Shown here one piece after another: positions 46,881-57,343 of a stretch of DNA of 64,000 nt (its first letter is position 1; each line of letters opens with the position of its first letter). The stretch is from Thermodesulfobacteriota bacterium (GTDB lineage: Bacteria > Desulfobacterota > Binatia > Bin18): contig OZ219926.1 in the NCBI GenBank assembly GCA_964291405.2, forward strand, positions 3,232,001 to 3,296,000, in the 5' to 3' direction. Made by a program: the position numbers and the translations under genes. Under the pieces are notes generated by a model, which saw only the letters and a program-made list of their open reading frames with translations, was not told where the DNA came from and did not search any database.

Positions 46881-47195
46881 GTGCGGAAAGGCTATAATAA
46901 GGTTATTTTTGCTGGACAGATTGAGAACAGTCCGGAACTGCGGCGCACGCCACAGGGCGTAGCCATTGGAGCGTTTTCCCTGTGTGTGCCGAAAAGTCGA
47001 GCGCAAGAAGAGAATGTACTCGTTGACGTGGTTATCTTTCGGAGTCTTGCAGAAGAGTACTGCCCCCTGTTGACAGTTGGACGAACCGTCCTAGTAGAGG
47101 GGGTGCTTGCGCCATATCGGTGGCACAAAGTGGAAGGCGCAAGACAAAGAGCGTATGAGGTACACGCGACAACCATCCGCATTCTTGAGGAATAA
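46881..47195 (+). CDS. Short single-stranded DNA-binding protein (SSB/PriB-like)
   Basis: NKVIFAG...PELRRTPQG, GRTVLVEG; rpsF-ssb-rpsR synteny. Confidence 0.8.
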   Translation: MRKGYNKVIFAGQIENSPELRRTPQGVAIGAFSLCVPKSRAQEENVLVDVVIFRSLAEEYCPLLTVGRTVLVEGVLAPYRWHKVEGARQRAYEVHATTIRILEE

Positions 47196-47245
47196 TGACT
47201 GAATACCGTTGCTCACGAGCGAAAGAAGAGTAGAGGGATAGAGCT

Positions 47246-47521
47246 ATGGCAAGACCACCCAGGGGAGGATTTCATCGACGAGGCGGCGATGACCGATACC
47301 CGCGACGTATGCGGCGCAAAGTCTGCCGTTTCTGTGTCGATAAACGTGATTCCATTGACTACAAAGAGACCGCTGTCCTCAAAGATTTTGTCACTGAGCG
47401 TGGCAAGATTATCCCAAGCCGCATCACTGGTACCTGTGTATGGCATCAGCGGAAACTGACCTTGGCAATTAAACAGGCGCGTGCGATAGCTTTACTCCCT
47501 TACGTAGCGGCACAGGTATAG
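47246..47521 (+). CDS. rpsR: 30S ribosomal protein S18
   Basis: [30 protein letters not shown]. Confidence 0.97.
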   Translation: MARPPRGGFHRRGGDDRYPRRMRRKVCRFCVDKRDSIDYKETAVLKDFVTERGKIIPSRITGTCVWHQRKLTLAIKQARAIALLPYVAAQV

Positions 47522-47588
47522 AGGGGTGTTCTTCAGGTCTGCCGTTTAGTTGCGTTTTCACAGTTGCTCCCATAGAGTAAGGGCTCAT

Positions 47589-48041
47589 ATGGAAATTATC
47601 TTACAAGAAGACGTCGAGAACCTGGGCGAAATTGGTGACATCGTCAAAGTCAAAGACGGCTACGCGCGAAACTACCTGCTCCCGCGTGGCCTAGCGCTGA
47701 CGGCCAGCCGACGCAATGTTCGTGTCTTAGAGCACCAGAAACGTCTGGTCGCAAAGAAAAGAGAACGCGCGCAGCAGAACGCCAATGCCGTCCGCGACCG
47801 GCTGTCCAGCCTCACCCTGTCCATCACGGCTCGTGCCGGAGAAGAGGAGAAGCTCTTTGGCTCCGTGACGAACATCGATATTGAAAAGGCGCTTCAGGCA
47901 CAAGACGTGACTATAGACCGACGGAAAATTATCCTTGCCGAGCCTATTAAACAGCTGGGTACCTATACCGTACCGATTCGCCTCAGTAGAGACGTTGAAG
48001 CGAGTGTCACCATTCAGGTCCGTCCGGAAAGCGTGGCGTAG
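47589..48041 (+). CDS. rplI: 50S ribosomal protein L9
   Basis: MEIILQEDV.NLG..GDIVKVKDGYARNYLLP, KLFGSVT. Confidence 0.97.
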   Translation: MEIILQEDVENLGEIGDIVKVKDGYARNYLLPRGLALTASRRNVRVLEHQKRLVAKKRERAQQNANAVRDRLSSLTLSITARAGEEEKLFGSVTNIDIEKALQAQDVTIDRRKIILAEPIKQLGTYTVPIRLSRDVEASVTIQVRPESVA

Positions 48042-48049
48042 CCATTTTC

Positions 48050-48078
48050 TTGACACGCCATAGGAAAGTTGGTACGCA
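48050..48078 (+). promoter_or_regulatory. Putative promoter of tRNA-Val/thrS unit
   Basis: TTGACA-N17-TACGCA. Confidence 0.5.
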
Positions 48079-48089
48079 CCAAGCGACTG

Positions 48090-48145
48090 AAAAGAGTGAA
48101 CGTGTTCTCCAATAGATATGAAGTGCTGAACACGTTTACTCTTTT
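48090..48145 (+). repeat. Conserved stem-loop element, copy 1
   Basis: AAAAGAGTGAACGTGTTC-TCCAATAGATATGAAGTGCT-GAACACGTTTACTCTTTT. Confidence 0.9.
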
Positions 48146-48165
48146 TGAACAGCGGAGCGACCTGC

Positions 48166-48237
48166 AGGCACGTAGCTCAGTGGGAGAGCACTTCCTTGAC
48201 GCGGAAGGGGTCGGCGGTTCAATCCCGCCCGTGCCTA
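48166..48237 (+). tRNA. tRNA-Val(GAC), CCA not encoded
   Basis: AGGCACG/CGTGCCT acceptor, CTTCC-TTGACGC-GGAAG, GGTTCAATCC. Confidence 0.96.
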
Positions 48238-48357
48238 TGCCCCAGACTCTACGTACAACTCAGAATCTTATGACAACGAAGTAAAGCAACCCCCTCTGAA
48301 CAGGTGAATGAGGGGGAAAGAGGCATCGAAGATGGATGATGCCTCTTTTCTTTTTCA
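48237..48357 (+). promoter_or_regulatory. Candidate thrS attenuator: Thr-rich leader ORF plus terminator
   Basis: ORF 48237-48284 MPQTLRTTQNLMTTK; terminator AAAGAGGCATC/GATGCCTCTTT followed by TCTTTTTC. Confidence 0.55.
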
Positions 48358-48358
48358 T

Positions 48359-50269
48359 ATGAACGACATTGCTCAACATAGTACCTCCAGCCCCGGCGAG
48401 CGGCCCTCTGACAACAAGACGAATGCTGGTGTGCAAAAAGACTTGAGCCGGCGCTTCGCAAAAGCCATTGCCGCCCGTGTGGATGGAAAAGTCGTCGATG
48501 TGTCTTCCCCCTTGGTCACTGAAGAGGCTGAGCCCATCTTTCCCTTCCTCTCCTGAAGGACTTGAAGTCTTGCGCCATTCCACCGCCCACCTCATGGCGC
48601 AAGCGGTGAAACGCCTCTTTCCCGAAGTCCAAATCACGATCGGTCCGGTGATCGAAAGTGGATTCTACTACGACTTCAAGCATGATCGTGCCTTCACGCC
48701 GGAGGACTTGAAGCGCATCGAAGCGGAGATGCAGGCCATTGTCAAAGAAAACCTCCCGGTCAGCCGTGAAGAAGTGCCGCGCAATGACGCCGTTCGCTTT
48801 TTCACCCAGATGGGCGAAGCCTACAAGGCTGAAATTATCGCCGGCATCCCGGAGGATGAGGTCGTCTCGCTTTACCGGCAGGGCGAGTTTGTTGACCTGT
48901 GTCGTGGCCCACACGTCCCGTCAACTGGCAGCATCCCGACCTTTAAACTCACCAGCGTGGCTGGCGCGTATTGGCGGGGAGACGAAAAGAACGAGATGCT
49001 CCAACGCATCTACGGGACGGCCTTTGCCACGCCAAAAGAACTCCGCCAACATCTCGCATTGCTTGAGGAAGCCAAGCGGCGTGACCATCGTCGCCTGGGC
49101 AAAGAGCTCGATCTGTTCAGCTTTAATCCGGTTGCACCCGGTAGCCCGTTTTTTCACCCCAAAGGGGCCTTGATCTATAATGAACTGGTCTCATATATGC
49201 GCGGGCTCTACCAGCGCTATGGCTACCAGGAAGTGCTGACACCGCAGATCTTTGATGTTGATCTCTGGCACCGTTCCGGCCACTACGAGAACTACAAGGA
49301 AAATATCTTTTTTACTGAGGTGGAGGGGCGCGATTTTGGGGTCAAGCCCATGAATTGCCCCGGTCATACCTATATCTATGCGGCAAAGAAGCACTCCTAC
49401 CGGGACCTGCCGCTGCGCTATGCGGACTTTGCCCGCCTGCACCGCTTCGAGCGTTCGGGCGTTTTGGCTGGTTTGACCCGGGTGCGTTCATTCTCTCAGG
49501 ATGATGCTCATATTTTTTGTACCCCGGAACAAATCGAAAGTGAAGTCAGCGGCGTTCTGCGCATGATTAATGAAGTGTATCGGACTTTTGGCTTTGAGGA
49601 GGTGCATTTCTATCTTGCGACGCGGCCAGAAAAACGACTGGGCGACGATGCAACCTGGGAGCGAGCGGAAGCGGCCCTGGCTGGAGCCCTCGAAGCGAAT
49701 AAGATTACCTATGAGGTCAATGCCGCGGATGGTGCCTTTTATGGGCCCAAAATTGACTTTATCGTCCTCGATGCCTTACGGCGTGAATGGCAACTGGCAA
49801 CGATTCAGCTCGACTTTATGCTGCCCGAACGCTTTGATCTGAGCTATGTCACCGCCCACGGGGACGAAGCCCGGCCGGTGATGATCCATCGCGCGGTCCT
49901 CGGCTCCATCGAACGCTTTATGGGTGTCCTGATCGAACACTGTGGTGGGGATTTTCCGTTATGGCTGGCCCCAGTCCAGGTGAAGATTGTGACGGTCACA
50001 GATAATCAAGACGCGTATGCACGCCAGGTCGATGCCCAGCTCAGGCAGGCGGGGATTCGTTGCGAGCTGGACCTGCGAAACGAGAAGTTGGGCTATAAAA
50101 TCCGAGAAGCAGAAATGCAGAAAATTCCGTACACCGTCGTCATTGGGGATAAAGAGGTGCAAGCCGGGACCGTGGCCCCACGGGTGCGCAAGCGAGAAAA
50201 AGTCGCCCCGCTGTCCGTGCAGGCTCTGATTGAGCGCTTGAACCGTGAACGTATCCCGGGAGGTGCATC

Positions 50270-50273
<4 letters not shown>
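48359..50273 (+). CDS. thrS: Threonine--tRNA ligase (+1 frameshift near 48539-48556)
   Basis: TGS-like AIAARVDGKVVD in one frame; LRHSTAH, DLCRGPH, KPMNCPGH, FMLPERF in the next. Confidence 0.93.
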
Positions 50274-50785
<512 letters not shown>

Positions 50786-50787
50786 CT

Positions 50788-50985
50788 ATGCCCAAAATTA
50801 AAACCCGCCGTGGGGCGGCAAAGCGGTTTAAGATCACAGGTAGCGGCAAGGTGCGCCGTCGCCACGCCTACCTGCGTCACATCCTGTCAACGAAAACCCG
50901 AAAACAGAAACGGAATCTCCGCCAGCCAGCGCTCGTTTCAGACTCCGAGGCCAAGGCGATCAAAAAACTGATTCCCTACTTATAG
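50788..50985 (+). CDS. rpmI: 50S ribosomal protein L35
   Basis: [21 protein letters not shown]. Confidence 0.97.
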   Translation: MPKIKTRRGAAKRFKITGSGKVRRRHAYLRHILSTKTRKQKRNLRQPALVSDSEAKAIKKLIPYL

Positions 50986-51039
50986 AAAGAGTAAATGTGT
51001 CCTCCAATAGATATGAGATGCTGGACACGTTTACTCTTT
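50986..51039 (+). repeat. Conserved stem-loop element, copy 2
   Basis: AAAGAGTAAATGTGTCC-TCCAATAGATATGAGATGCT-GGACACGTTTACTCTTT. Confidence 0.9.
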
Positions 51040-51061
51040 GAGACGGAGAGGAGTAGTTCGT

Positions 51062-51418
51062 ATGCCACGCGCAAAACGCGGCTTTAAGGCACGCCGGCGC
51101 AGAAAGCGGATTCTCAAACTGGCCAAAGGATTTACCGGCGGCCGCCGTCAGTATCGTCAGGCGCGTGAAACTGTCGAGCGGGGGCTCGTCTATGCCTACC
51201 GCGACCGACGAAATAAGAAGCGTGAATTCCGGCGTTTATGGACGGTCCGGATTAATGCGGCCGCACGGCTGAATGGACTGAGTTATAGCCGATTCATGTA
51301 TGGTCTGTCTCAGGCTGGTGTCGAAATTGATCGAAAGATTTTGGCCGCCCTAGCCATGCAAGACCCACAGGCATTTGCCACAGTCACAGACGTGGCAAAG
51401 CAGCGTCTGGCAGCCTAG
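51062..51418 (+). CDS. rplT: 50S ribosomal protein L20
   Basis: [29 protein letters not shown]. Confidence 0.97.
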   Translation: MPRAKRGFKARRRRKRILKLAKGFTGGRRQYRQARETVERGLVYAYRDRRNKKREFRRLWTVRINAAARLNGLSYSRFMYGLSQAGVEIDRKILAALAMQDPQAFATVTDVAKQRLAA

Positions 51419-51483
51419 CGGGTTGCTTCGCCTTTTGTGTATTCGCTCTTGAATTGATGGGAAGGCCGCCGCTTGTATCGTCC

Positions 51484-53862
51484 TTAACGGAGACGCAGGC
51501 CTTTCGACTCCAGGAAAGCGATATACTCCTGCTGGAATGCTTCTATTTGCTCTCCAGTGAGAGTACTGTCCTGAGATTCAATCCAGTAACGAAAGGTATA
51601 GCTAGCTGTCCCTTCCGCTAGTCCCTTCCCCTGATAGAGGGCCATAAACTCTCTCTTTTTCAGCAGGTCGTGAGAAAACTCGTCAAGCGTGCGGACCAAC
51701 TCGGTAAAACCCGATTGGGCACTCGCCACGATAGAGAAGTCAAACCACGAGCCAGGATAGCGAGAGGCCGGGGCATAGCTGGTGGCCGGAAAAATTGGCC
51801 CCTCCAGCCTGTCGAAATCGAGTTCGAACCAGACCACCTGAGCGGCGGGGGCAATTTTCGCCAAGAGGGGCTCGGACAAAAAGCCAAGCTGGCCGACCAC
51901 CGCATCTTGGAAGGTGATGTCAACATACCCGCCGGGCGTGTGCCATGGCGCAGTCGTTGTCGTGGCCGGTGCAAACGCCAGTGCTCCCAGGCTGAGCTGT
52001 TCGGCGAGCGCCTCAAGAGCGCCTTTGATCTGGCGAAAATGCGCCTCCAAACTCTCCAGGCGTTCGTGTTGACAGCTTGCCCCAGCCAACACATTCTTCT
52101 CTATACGGTCCTGTTCGCCGGCAGGCAAATAGATCCGCCCCAGCTCAAAGATGCGGAAATGATCCCGCAGGGCGGTATTTTTTTTCACAATGGCAAAAAT
52201 ATTGGGCAGCAGCGTGGTCTGGAGCCGGACATTATGCTCTGCGCTGGGATTGGCCATCTCCAGCGTCGCTTCAGGCTCGTAGCCGAGTGTCTTGAGCCAG
52301 ATTTCATCAAACCAGCTATAATTGTGGACCTCCGAGAATCCGTGCGCCTGCGCGAGAATCCGCCGCGCTTTATGCTGGGTCCGCAGACGATCATTAAAGG
52401 TCACTCGCTCGACCGAGAAGTGTGGCATCTTTGGTTCGAGGTTGTCATAGCCCTGAATGCGGGTGACTTCTTCCAGAATATCAACGGGTAGAGAGATGTC
52501 TTTCTCGCTCCGAAACGTAGGGATGCCAACGGAGAGGATGTTGCTCGTCATACTGGCTTCAAAACCGAGTGAGGCCAGTATGGACACAATCCTGTCCTGG
52601 GCAATCGGGTTGCCTATTCGTCGATCAAAGAAGTCGGTCGGGATATCGAGATACCGGGTCTGGTCTTTCAACGTTCCCTGAGCGGTGAACCGGGAGCGTA
52701 CCTGAGGCTGGAGGCCGGATTCGAGTAGCAGGTGGAGAAAACGCTCGGTTGCAGTTTTCGTATTCGCGGGTGGCTGCTGCTTCTCAAAACGTTGACTGGC
52801 ATCGGTATGGATATCGAGCCGGGTGGCGGTCCGGCGAATGCGCGCATCCTTAAAATTTGCACTCTCAAGCAGCAGGCTGGTGGTCGTCTCGCTGACCTCA
52901 CTATTCAGTCCACCCATAATGCCGGCGAGAGCAATTGGCTCGCGTTCATTCCAGATCATCAGGTCTTCCGGGATCATGTGCCGCTCTTGACCGTCAAGCG
53001 TCGTAAACCGGTCCGTTGTTCCAAACGGGGCGACGCGGACGGCCTGGAGGCGGCTCGCGTCGAAGGCGTGCATGGGCTGGCCGAGTTCAAGCATGATATA
53101 ATTGGTGAGATCGACCAGAATATTGAACGTGCGCTGTCCCAGGGCGTGCAGCCGGTATTGCAGCGTCAGGGGTGAGGGCAGAGCGGCCACCCCGGTCATC
53201 TCGATACAGCAATAACAGGGACAATTTTCGGGATCGTCAAGGGTCAGTGGATAGGCGGGTAAGTCCTTGTACTGTGCCATATCGACCAGCCCGAGCGGAC
53301 GTAACGGCCGCTCAAAAATGGCAGCAACTTCACGCGCGATCCCGTAGTGACCCCACAGGTCAGGACGGTGGGTCAAGCTCTTATTGTCGATTTCAAGCAG
53401 GGTGTCAGAAGATGGCACAAAGTCGGCCAGAGCAGCCCCACTCTCAAGAGACGCGGGAAGGTCAAGGATACCGAAATGTCCGCCGCCCATGCCCAACTCC
53501 TCGGATGAGCACAAAATTCCCTGACTCATTTTCCCACCAACCTGCTTTTCTGTAATCGTCTGCCCCCCGGCAATGGTTACCCCAGCGGAGGCAAAAGCTG
53601 ATTTCATCCCCTCCCGCACATTGGGCGCCCCACAGACCGTCGTAAACTGTTCCGTTCCACACTCAACGGAAACGAAGGTGTACTGATCGCCCAGCGGCTC
53701 GACCGATATGACCTGACCGATACGGACCCCATCGAGGGATCGAACCAGGGTTTCAATCCCTTCTACCTCAGCCGTCGCCATAGTGAGCCGGTGTGCAATC
53801 GTCTGTGGTGAGAGGTCTGAGAGGTCTACATACTGGGCGATCCAGTCGAGGGAGATATGCAT
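51484..53862 (-). CDS. pheT: Phenylalanine--tRNA ligase beta subunit
   Basis: VCGAPN, SQGILCS..ELG, HRPDL..HYGIARE, LGQPMHAFD, LAGIMGG, EEVTRIQGYD. Confidence 0.95.
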   Translation of the reverse strand: MHISLDWIAQYVDLSDLSPQTIAHRLTMATAEVEGIETLVRSLDGVRIGQVISVEPLGDQYTFVSVECGTEQFTTVCGAPNVREGMKSAFASAGVTIAGGQTITEKQVGGKMSQGILCSSEELGMGGGHFGILDLPASLESGAALADFVPSSDTLLEIDNKSLTHRPDLWGHYGIAREVAAIFERPLRPLGLVDMAQYKDLPAYPLTLDDPENCPCYCCIEMTGVAALPSPLTLQYRLHALGQRTFNILVDLTNYIMLELGQPMHAFDASRLQAVRVAPFGTTDRFTTLDGQERHMIPEDLMIWNEREPIALAGIMGGLNSEVSETTTSLLLESANFKDARIRRTATRLDIHTDASQRFEKQQPPANTKTATERFLHLLLESGLQPQVRSRFTAQGTLKDQTRYLDIPTDFFDRRIGNPIAQDRIVSILASLGFEASMTSNILSVGIPTFRSEKDISLPVDILEEVTRIQGYDNLEPKMPHFSVERVTFNDRLRTQHKARRILAQAHGFSEVHNYSWFDEIWLKTLGYEPEATLEMANPSAEHNVRLQTTLLPNIFAIVKKNTALRDHFRIFELGRIYLPAGEQDRIEKNVLAGASCQHERLESLEAHFRQIKGALEALAEQLSLGALAFAPATTTTAPWHTPGGYVDITFQDAVVGQLGFLSEPLLAKIAPAAQVVWFELDFDRLEGPIFPATSYAPASRYPGSWFDFSIVASAQSGFTELVRTLDEFSHDLLKKREFMALYQGKGLAEGTASYTFRYWIESQDSTLTGEQIEAFQQEYIAFLESKGLRLR

Positions 53863-53875
53863 GGCTGACTCCTGC

Positions 53876-54889
53876 TCAGACGGCTGCCGGGAATTGCTCG
53901 CAGAAGCGAAGATCGCCCGAGTTCAGAAGCCGAATATCTGGAATATTATATTTCATCATAGCTAGGCGGGTGAGACCGAGGCCAAAGGCAAACCCGCTAT
54001 AGCGGTCCGGGTCAACCTGACCAAATTCAAGGACCCGAGGATGCACGAGGCCGCATGGCAGCAATTCAATCCAACCGGATTTTTTGCAGGTTGAACAGCC
54101 TTCACCTGTACAGATCAGACATTGGATGTCGAGCTCAAAGCCGGGTTCGACAAAAGGGAAATAGCCTGGACGTAAGCGTACTGTGACCTCTCGGTGAAAG
54201 ACCGCGGTCAGCACGGTGCGCATAACCGCAATCAGATTCGCGACGGAAATTTCTCGGTCTACCATTAAGCCTTCGAGTTGGTAGAAGGTATTCTCGTGGC
54301 TTGGATCAATGGCTTCATTACGAAAACAACGGCCCGGAAATATGGCCCGAACGGGTGCGCTATAGTGCTCTAAGGCCCGCACCTGATTGGCTGAAGTATG
54401 CGTCCGGAGGAGCAAGCCATTCTTGAGCCAGTACGTATCCTGCATGTCTCGTGCAGGGTGGTCGCGAGGGATGTTCAAGCTCTCAAAATTATAAAAATCC
54501 GTCTCCACGTGGTAACCGTCAAGGATCATAAATCCCAGAGATTGAAAGATTTCTTCGAGCTCCATTTGGACAAGAGAAATCGGGTGGAGGTGGCCGAGGT
54601 GGTTGTTGAGGCCCGGAAGCGTCATATCGATGCTCGGCGGAGCGAGGGCCGTACTGGTCTGGTGCGCCTGTGCGGCTGCGATCTGCTGCTCGGCAAAGCG
54701 TTTCAGTTCATTGAACTGTTGTCCAAAGCGTTTCCTTTCATCTACTGACATTGCTGAGAAATCAGCGTTTTTTCGCAGTAGGGTGATCGCTCCTTTCCGT
54801 CCGAGATAGCGAACGCGAACAGCTTCGATGTCTTGGCCTGTTGTCGCAGAGGTTAGGTCTTCACTCAACTGAGTACGGATCTCCTGCAA
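53876..54889 (-). CDS. pheS: Phenylalanine--tRNA ligase alpha subunit
   Basis: GHLHP, HPARDMQDT, LLRTHTS, FPFVEPGFE, GFAFGLG; TTG start after GGAGG. Confidence 0.96.
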   Translation of the reverse strand: MQEIRTQLSEDLTSATTGQDIEAVRVRYLGRKGAITLLRKNADFSAMSVDERKRFGQQFNELKRFAEQQIAAAQAHQTSTALAPPSIDMTLPGLNNHLGHLHPISLVQMELEEIFQSLGFMILDGYHVETDFYNFESLNIPRDHPARDMQDTYWLKNGLLLRTHTSANQVRALEHYSAPVRAIFPGRCFRNEAIDPSHENTFYQLEGLMVDREISVANLIAVMRTVLTAVFHREVTVRLRPGYFPFVEPGFELDIQCLICTGEGCSTCKKSGWIELLPCGLVHPRVLEFGQVDPDRYSGFAFGLGLTRLAMMKYNIPDIRLLNSGDLRFCEQFPAAV

Positions 54890-54987
54890 GGGGTATCCTC
54901 CTTCACTCTCTTTGTTCTTTATCCTAGCGTTGGGGCTGCTTTGCTGAAAGCCCTCCTGGTAAGCAAGGTACCAAGGAGCGTTCAAAC

Positions 54988-55016
54988 TTGACTTCAAGAC
55001 GTAGCTCCACTATGTT
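54988..55016 (+). promoter_or_regulatory. Putative promoter for ihfA
   Basis: TTGACT-N17-TATGTT. Confidence 0.5.
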
Positions 55017-55183
55017 CGCAGCGTTGTTATTTATAATATTGTCGTGGTATTACACAATCTTGCGCTTCTTATCCGCTACCTGGGGAGCAGCGCCTGCGTA
55101 CGGTGAAATGGGCTCCTGCCCGTGTGATGTGAGTTGAAAGCTTCCTTGCCTCCTACTGCTGGAGGATGATGGTGAGGCCCTGT

Positions 55184-55471
55184 ATGACAAAAGCAGACAT
55201 TGTTGAGCATATTTACGAGAAGGTCGGCTTTTCGAAAAAAGAAGCGACCGATGTGGTTGAGTCGATCTTCGAAATCATTAAAGGCCATCTCGAAAAAGGA
55301 GAAAAGGTCAAAATCTCGAGCTTTGGGAATTTCGTCATTAACGAGAAACATCCGCGTAAAGGACGGAATCCACAGACCGGGGAAGAAATTATTATATCTG
55401 GCCGTCGTGTGTTGTCGTTTAAACCGAGTCCTGTCTTGAAAAAGGCCATTAACCCACTCCTCCAAGACTGA
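55184..55471 (+). CDS. ihfA: Integration host factor subunit alpha
   Basis: [37 protein letters not shown]; upstream of MerR-like gene. Confidence 0.93.
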   Translation: MTKADIVEHIYEKVGFSKKEATDVVESIFEIIKGHLEKGEKVKISSFGNFVINEKHPRKGRNPQTGEEIIISGRRVLSFKPSPVLKKAINPLLQD

Positions 55472-55478
55472 GCTTGTC

Positions 55479-55874
55479 GTGGATCAGCTTGAGCTCTCGA
55501 AGAAGCTCTATTTCCGCATTGGCGAAGTCGCCAAGATTGTTGGCGTGAAGCCCTATGTGTTGCGGTATTGGGAGACCGAGTTTCCCATTCTCAAGCCTGG
55601 GAAAACCCCCTCACGCCATCGGCTATACCGCCGGCGTGATGTCGAAACCCTCCTTGATATCAAGCGGCTCTTGTATGAAGAGGGATTCACGATTGCAGGG
55701 GCGAAAAAACGGTTAAAGGACGGTCAGCGATTATCGGATAAGGCTCCTCCTTCTCAGGCCGACCCAGAAGTGTCTCTTCCTCTTCGACCGGATCAACAGC
55801 AACGAAAAATTCTGACAGCCATCCATAGGGACATTCTCTCTCTCCACAAGTTCTTGAGTGATGGAACTCGCTAG
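55479..55874 (+). CDS. MerR family transcriptional regulator (ihfA-associated)
   Basis: [38 protein letters not shown]. Confidence 0.92.
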   Translation: MDQLELSKKLYFRIGEVAKIVGVKPYVLRYWETEFPILKPGKTPSRHRLYRRRDVETLLDIKRLLYEEGFTIAGAKKRLKDGQRLSDKAPPSQADPEVSLPLRPDQQQRKILTAIHRDILSLHKFLSDGTR

Positions 55875-55949
55875 GTACAAGATGTAGTGGACTGAAGTTG
55901 ACTTTCTCTTCTCCTGAGACAAATATATTGATTAATAAAAAATCCTTTA

Positions 55950-55979
55950 TTGACAATACTTTATATAGGATGTTAGAAT
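55950..55979 (+). promoter_or_regulatory. Putative sigma70 promoter
   Basis: TTGACA-N18-TAGAAT with AT-rich upstream segment. Confidence 0.55.
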
Positions 55980-56064
55980 GTGTTACTAGAAATTACTCAT
56001 GGCCTCCAAAGGGCCATATCCCTACGTCCTACTCGGGCTATGCGCAGGGGTTGAGGAGGGGTGG

Positions 56065-57240
56065 ATGCAATCATACACGTGGGCGCGAGGCCTTATTGTC
56101 TGCCTTATTGCTGGTAGTTTCCTGAGCGGATCTCCGCAAAAAGCATTCGCCTTCAGCGGGAGTGAATACTTTCCTCAACCGCCGAAGCTGCCTGCTTTCA
56201 AATATTTTGAAGCAGCGCTCTTACAAGATGCTCAGACCGGTCAAGTGCTCTTTTCCCACAATAGCCAAAAAATATGGCCCCAAGCCTCTCTCACAAAGAT
56301 GATGTTAGGGCTTATTGTCTTTGAAGATATTGAAAGAGGACGGATCAGCCTAGAGACCCAGGTCACTATTAGCCGGAGGGCGAGTCGAACAAAGGGAAGA
56401 ACGATCTCTCTGCGGGCTGGTCAAGTCTTTCGACTGGCAGAGCTGCTCCGAGCCGTCCTTGTCACCTCTGCCAATGATGCGGCTGTTGCGATTGCTGAGC
56501 ACGTCTGCGGCTCTGTCAGCCAATGTGTACAGCGGATGAACGCACGCGCTCTGCAGTTAGGGATGGAGCAGACGCGGTACCGCACGGTCAATGGCATGCC
56601 GACCAGAACCGACAGGGCGCCGGATAAGGCGTCGGCTGACGATATCGCCCTGCTCACTCGGGCACTTTTACGTCATCATCATGTTTTAGCGTGGACTTCG
56701 CAGCCCTCTATGTCATTTGGCCATCACCGCAAGCGTCTGCCGAATACGAATAGACTGGTTGGACGCATCCATGGGGTTGATGGGCTCAAGACCGGCTTTA
56801 CGAACAAAGCACGCTTTAATCTTGTCACTACAGCCCAACGGGACTCGCTGCGTCTGATTGCTGTCGTCTTTGGCGGAAAAACCAGCAGGATGCGCTTCCG
56901 TGTTGCAAAGGATTTGCTTGAATGGGGGTTTGCTAATTTTACGCGACTTCCACTAATCGAAGGTGGGTCTCTTTTGTGGGTTGAGGTTCGGGTTGAGAAT
57001 GGCAACCTGTCCGCCTTTCAGCCCATTGCCGCAGCAACAGCGGCGCCGTTGGTCCCAAAAGGCGATGTTGGCGCCGTTTCCATTGCTCTCCAACTGCCCA
57101 CCCACGTGGCAGCCCCAGTTCTTCGTAACCAAGTCCTTGGCGAGATCATTGTCCGCCGTGGGAAACAGACTTTGGCAACCATCCCGGCGGTCAGTCCGGG
57201 TGAGATACCCCAGGCTCGCTGGGCACATGCCCGTCAATGA
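56065..57240 (+). CDS. D-alanyl-D-alanine carboxypeptidase (peptidase S11)
   Basis: ASLTK (SxxK), SAN (SxN), KTG; PBP5-like C-terminal domain. Confidence 0.93.
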   Translation: MQSYTWARGLIVCLIAGSFLSGSPQKAFAFSGSEYFPQPPKLPAFKYFEAALLQDAQTGQVLFSHNSQKIWPQASLTKMMLGLIVFEDIERGRISLETQVTISRRASRTKGRTISLRAGQVFRLAELLRAVLVTSANDAAVAIAEHVCGSVSQCVQRMNARALQLGMEQTRYRTVNGMPTRTDRAPDKASADDIALLTRALLRHHHVLAWTSQPSMSFGHHRKRLPNTNRLVGRIHGVDGLKTGFTNKARFNLVTTAQRDSLRLIAVVFGGKTSRMRFRVAKDLLEWGFANFTRLPLIEGGSLLWVEVRVENGNLSAFQPIAAATAAPLVPKGDVGAVSIALQLPTHVAAPVLRNQVLGEIIVRRGKQTLATIPAVSPGEIPQARWAHARQ

Positions 57241-57343
57241 CGGTCTAGGCCCGTCCGCGCTTGCATTTCGAGGAAAGATGCTTAAGTTGCCTTTGCGCGA
57301 CAATACATATTGGCCACGAGGTGCATGAAAGGAGATCAGTGGT

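Noticed and set aside
43827-48237. tRNAs as integration sites for an island
   Set aside because: No duplicated tRNA 3' ends or integrase; flanks are core genes
48240-48357. T-box riboswitch upstream of thrS
   Set aside because: No GGTGGNACCGCG T-box motif and the leader is too short
54890-55183. T-box or Phe leader for pheS, or remnant of an ancestral plus-strand pheT
   Set aside because: TGGTACC lacks T-box context, no Phe-rich ORF, and no convincing PheT C-terminal similarity
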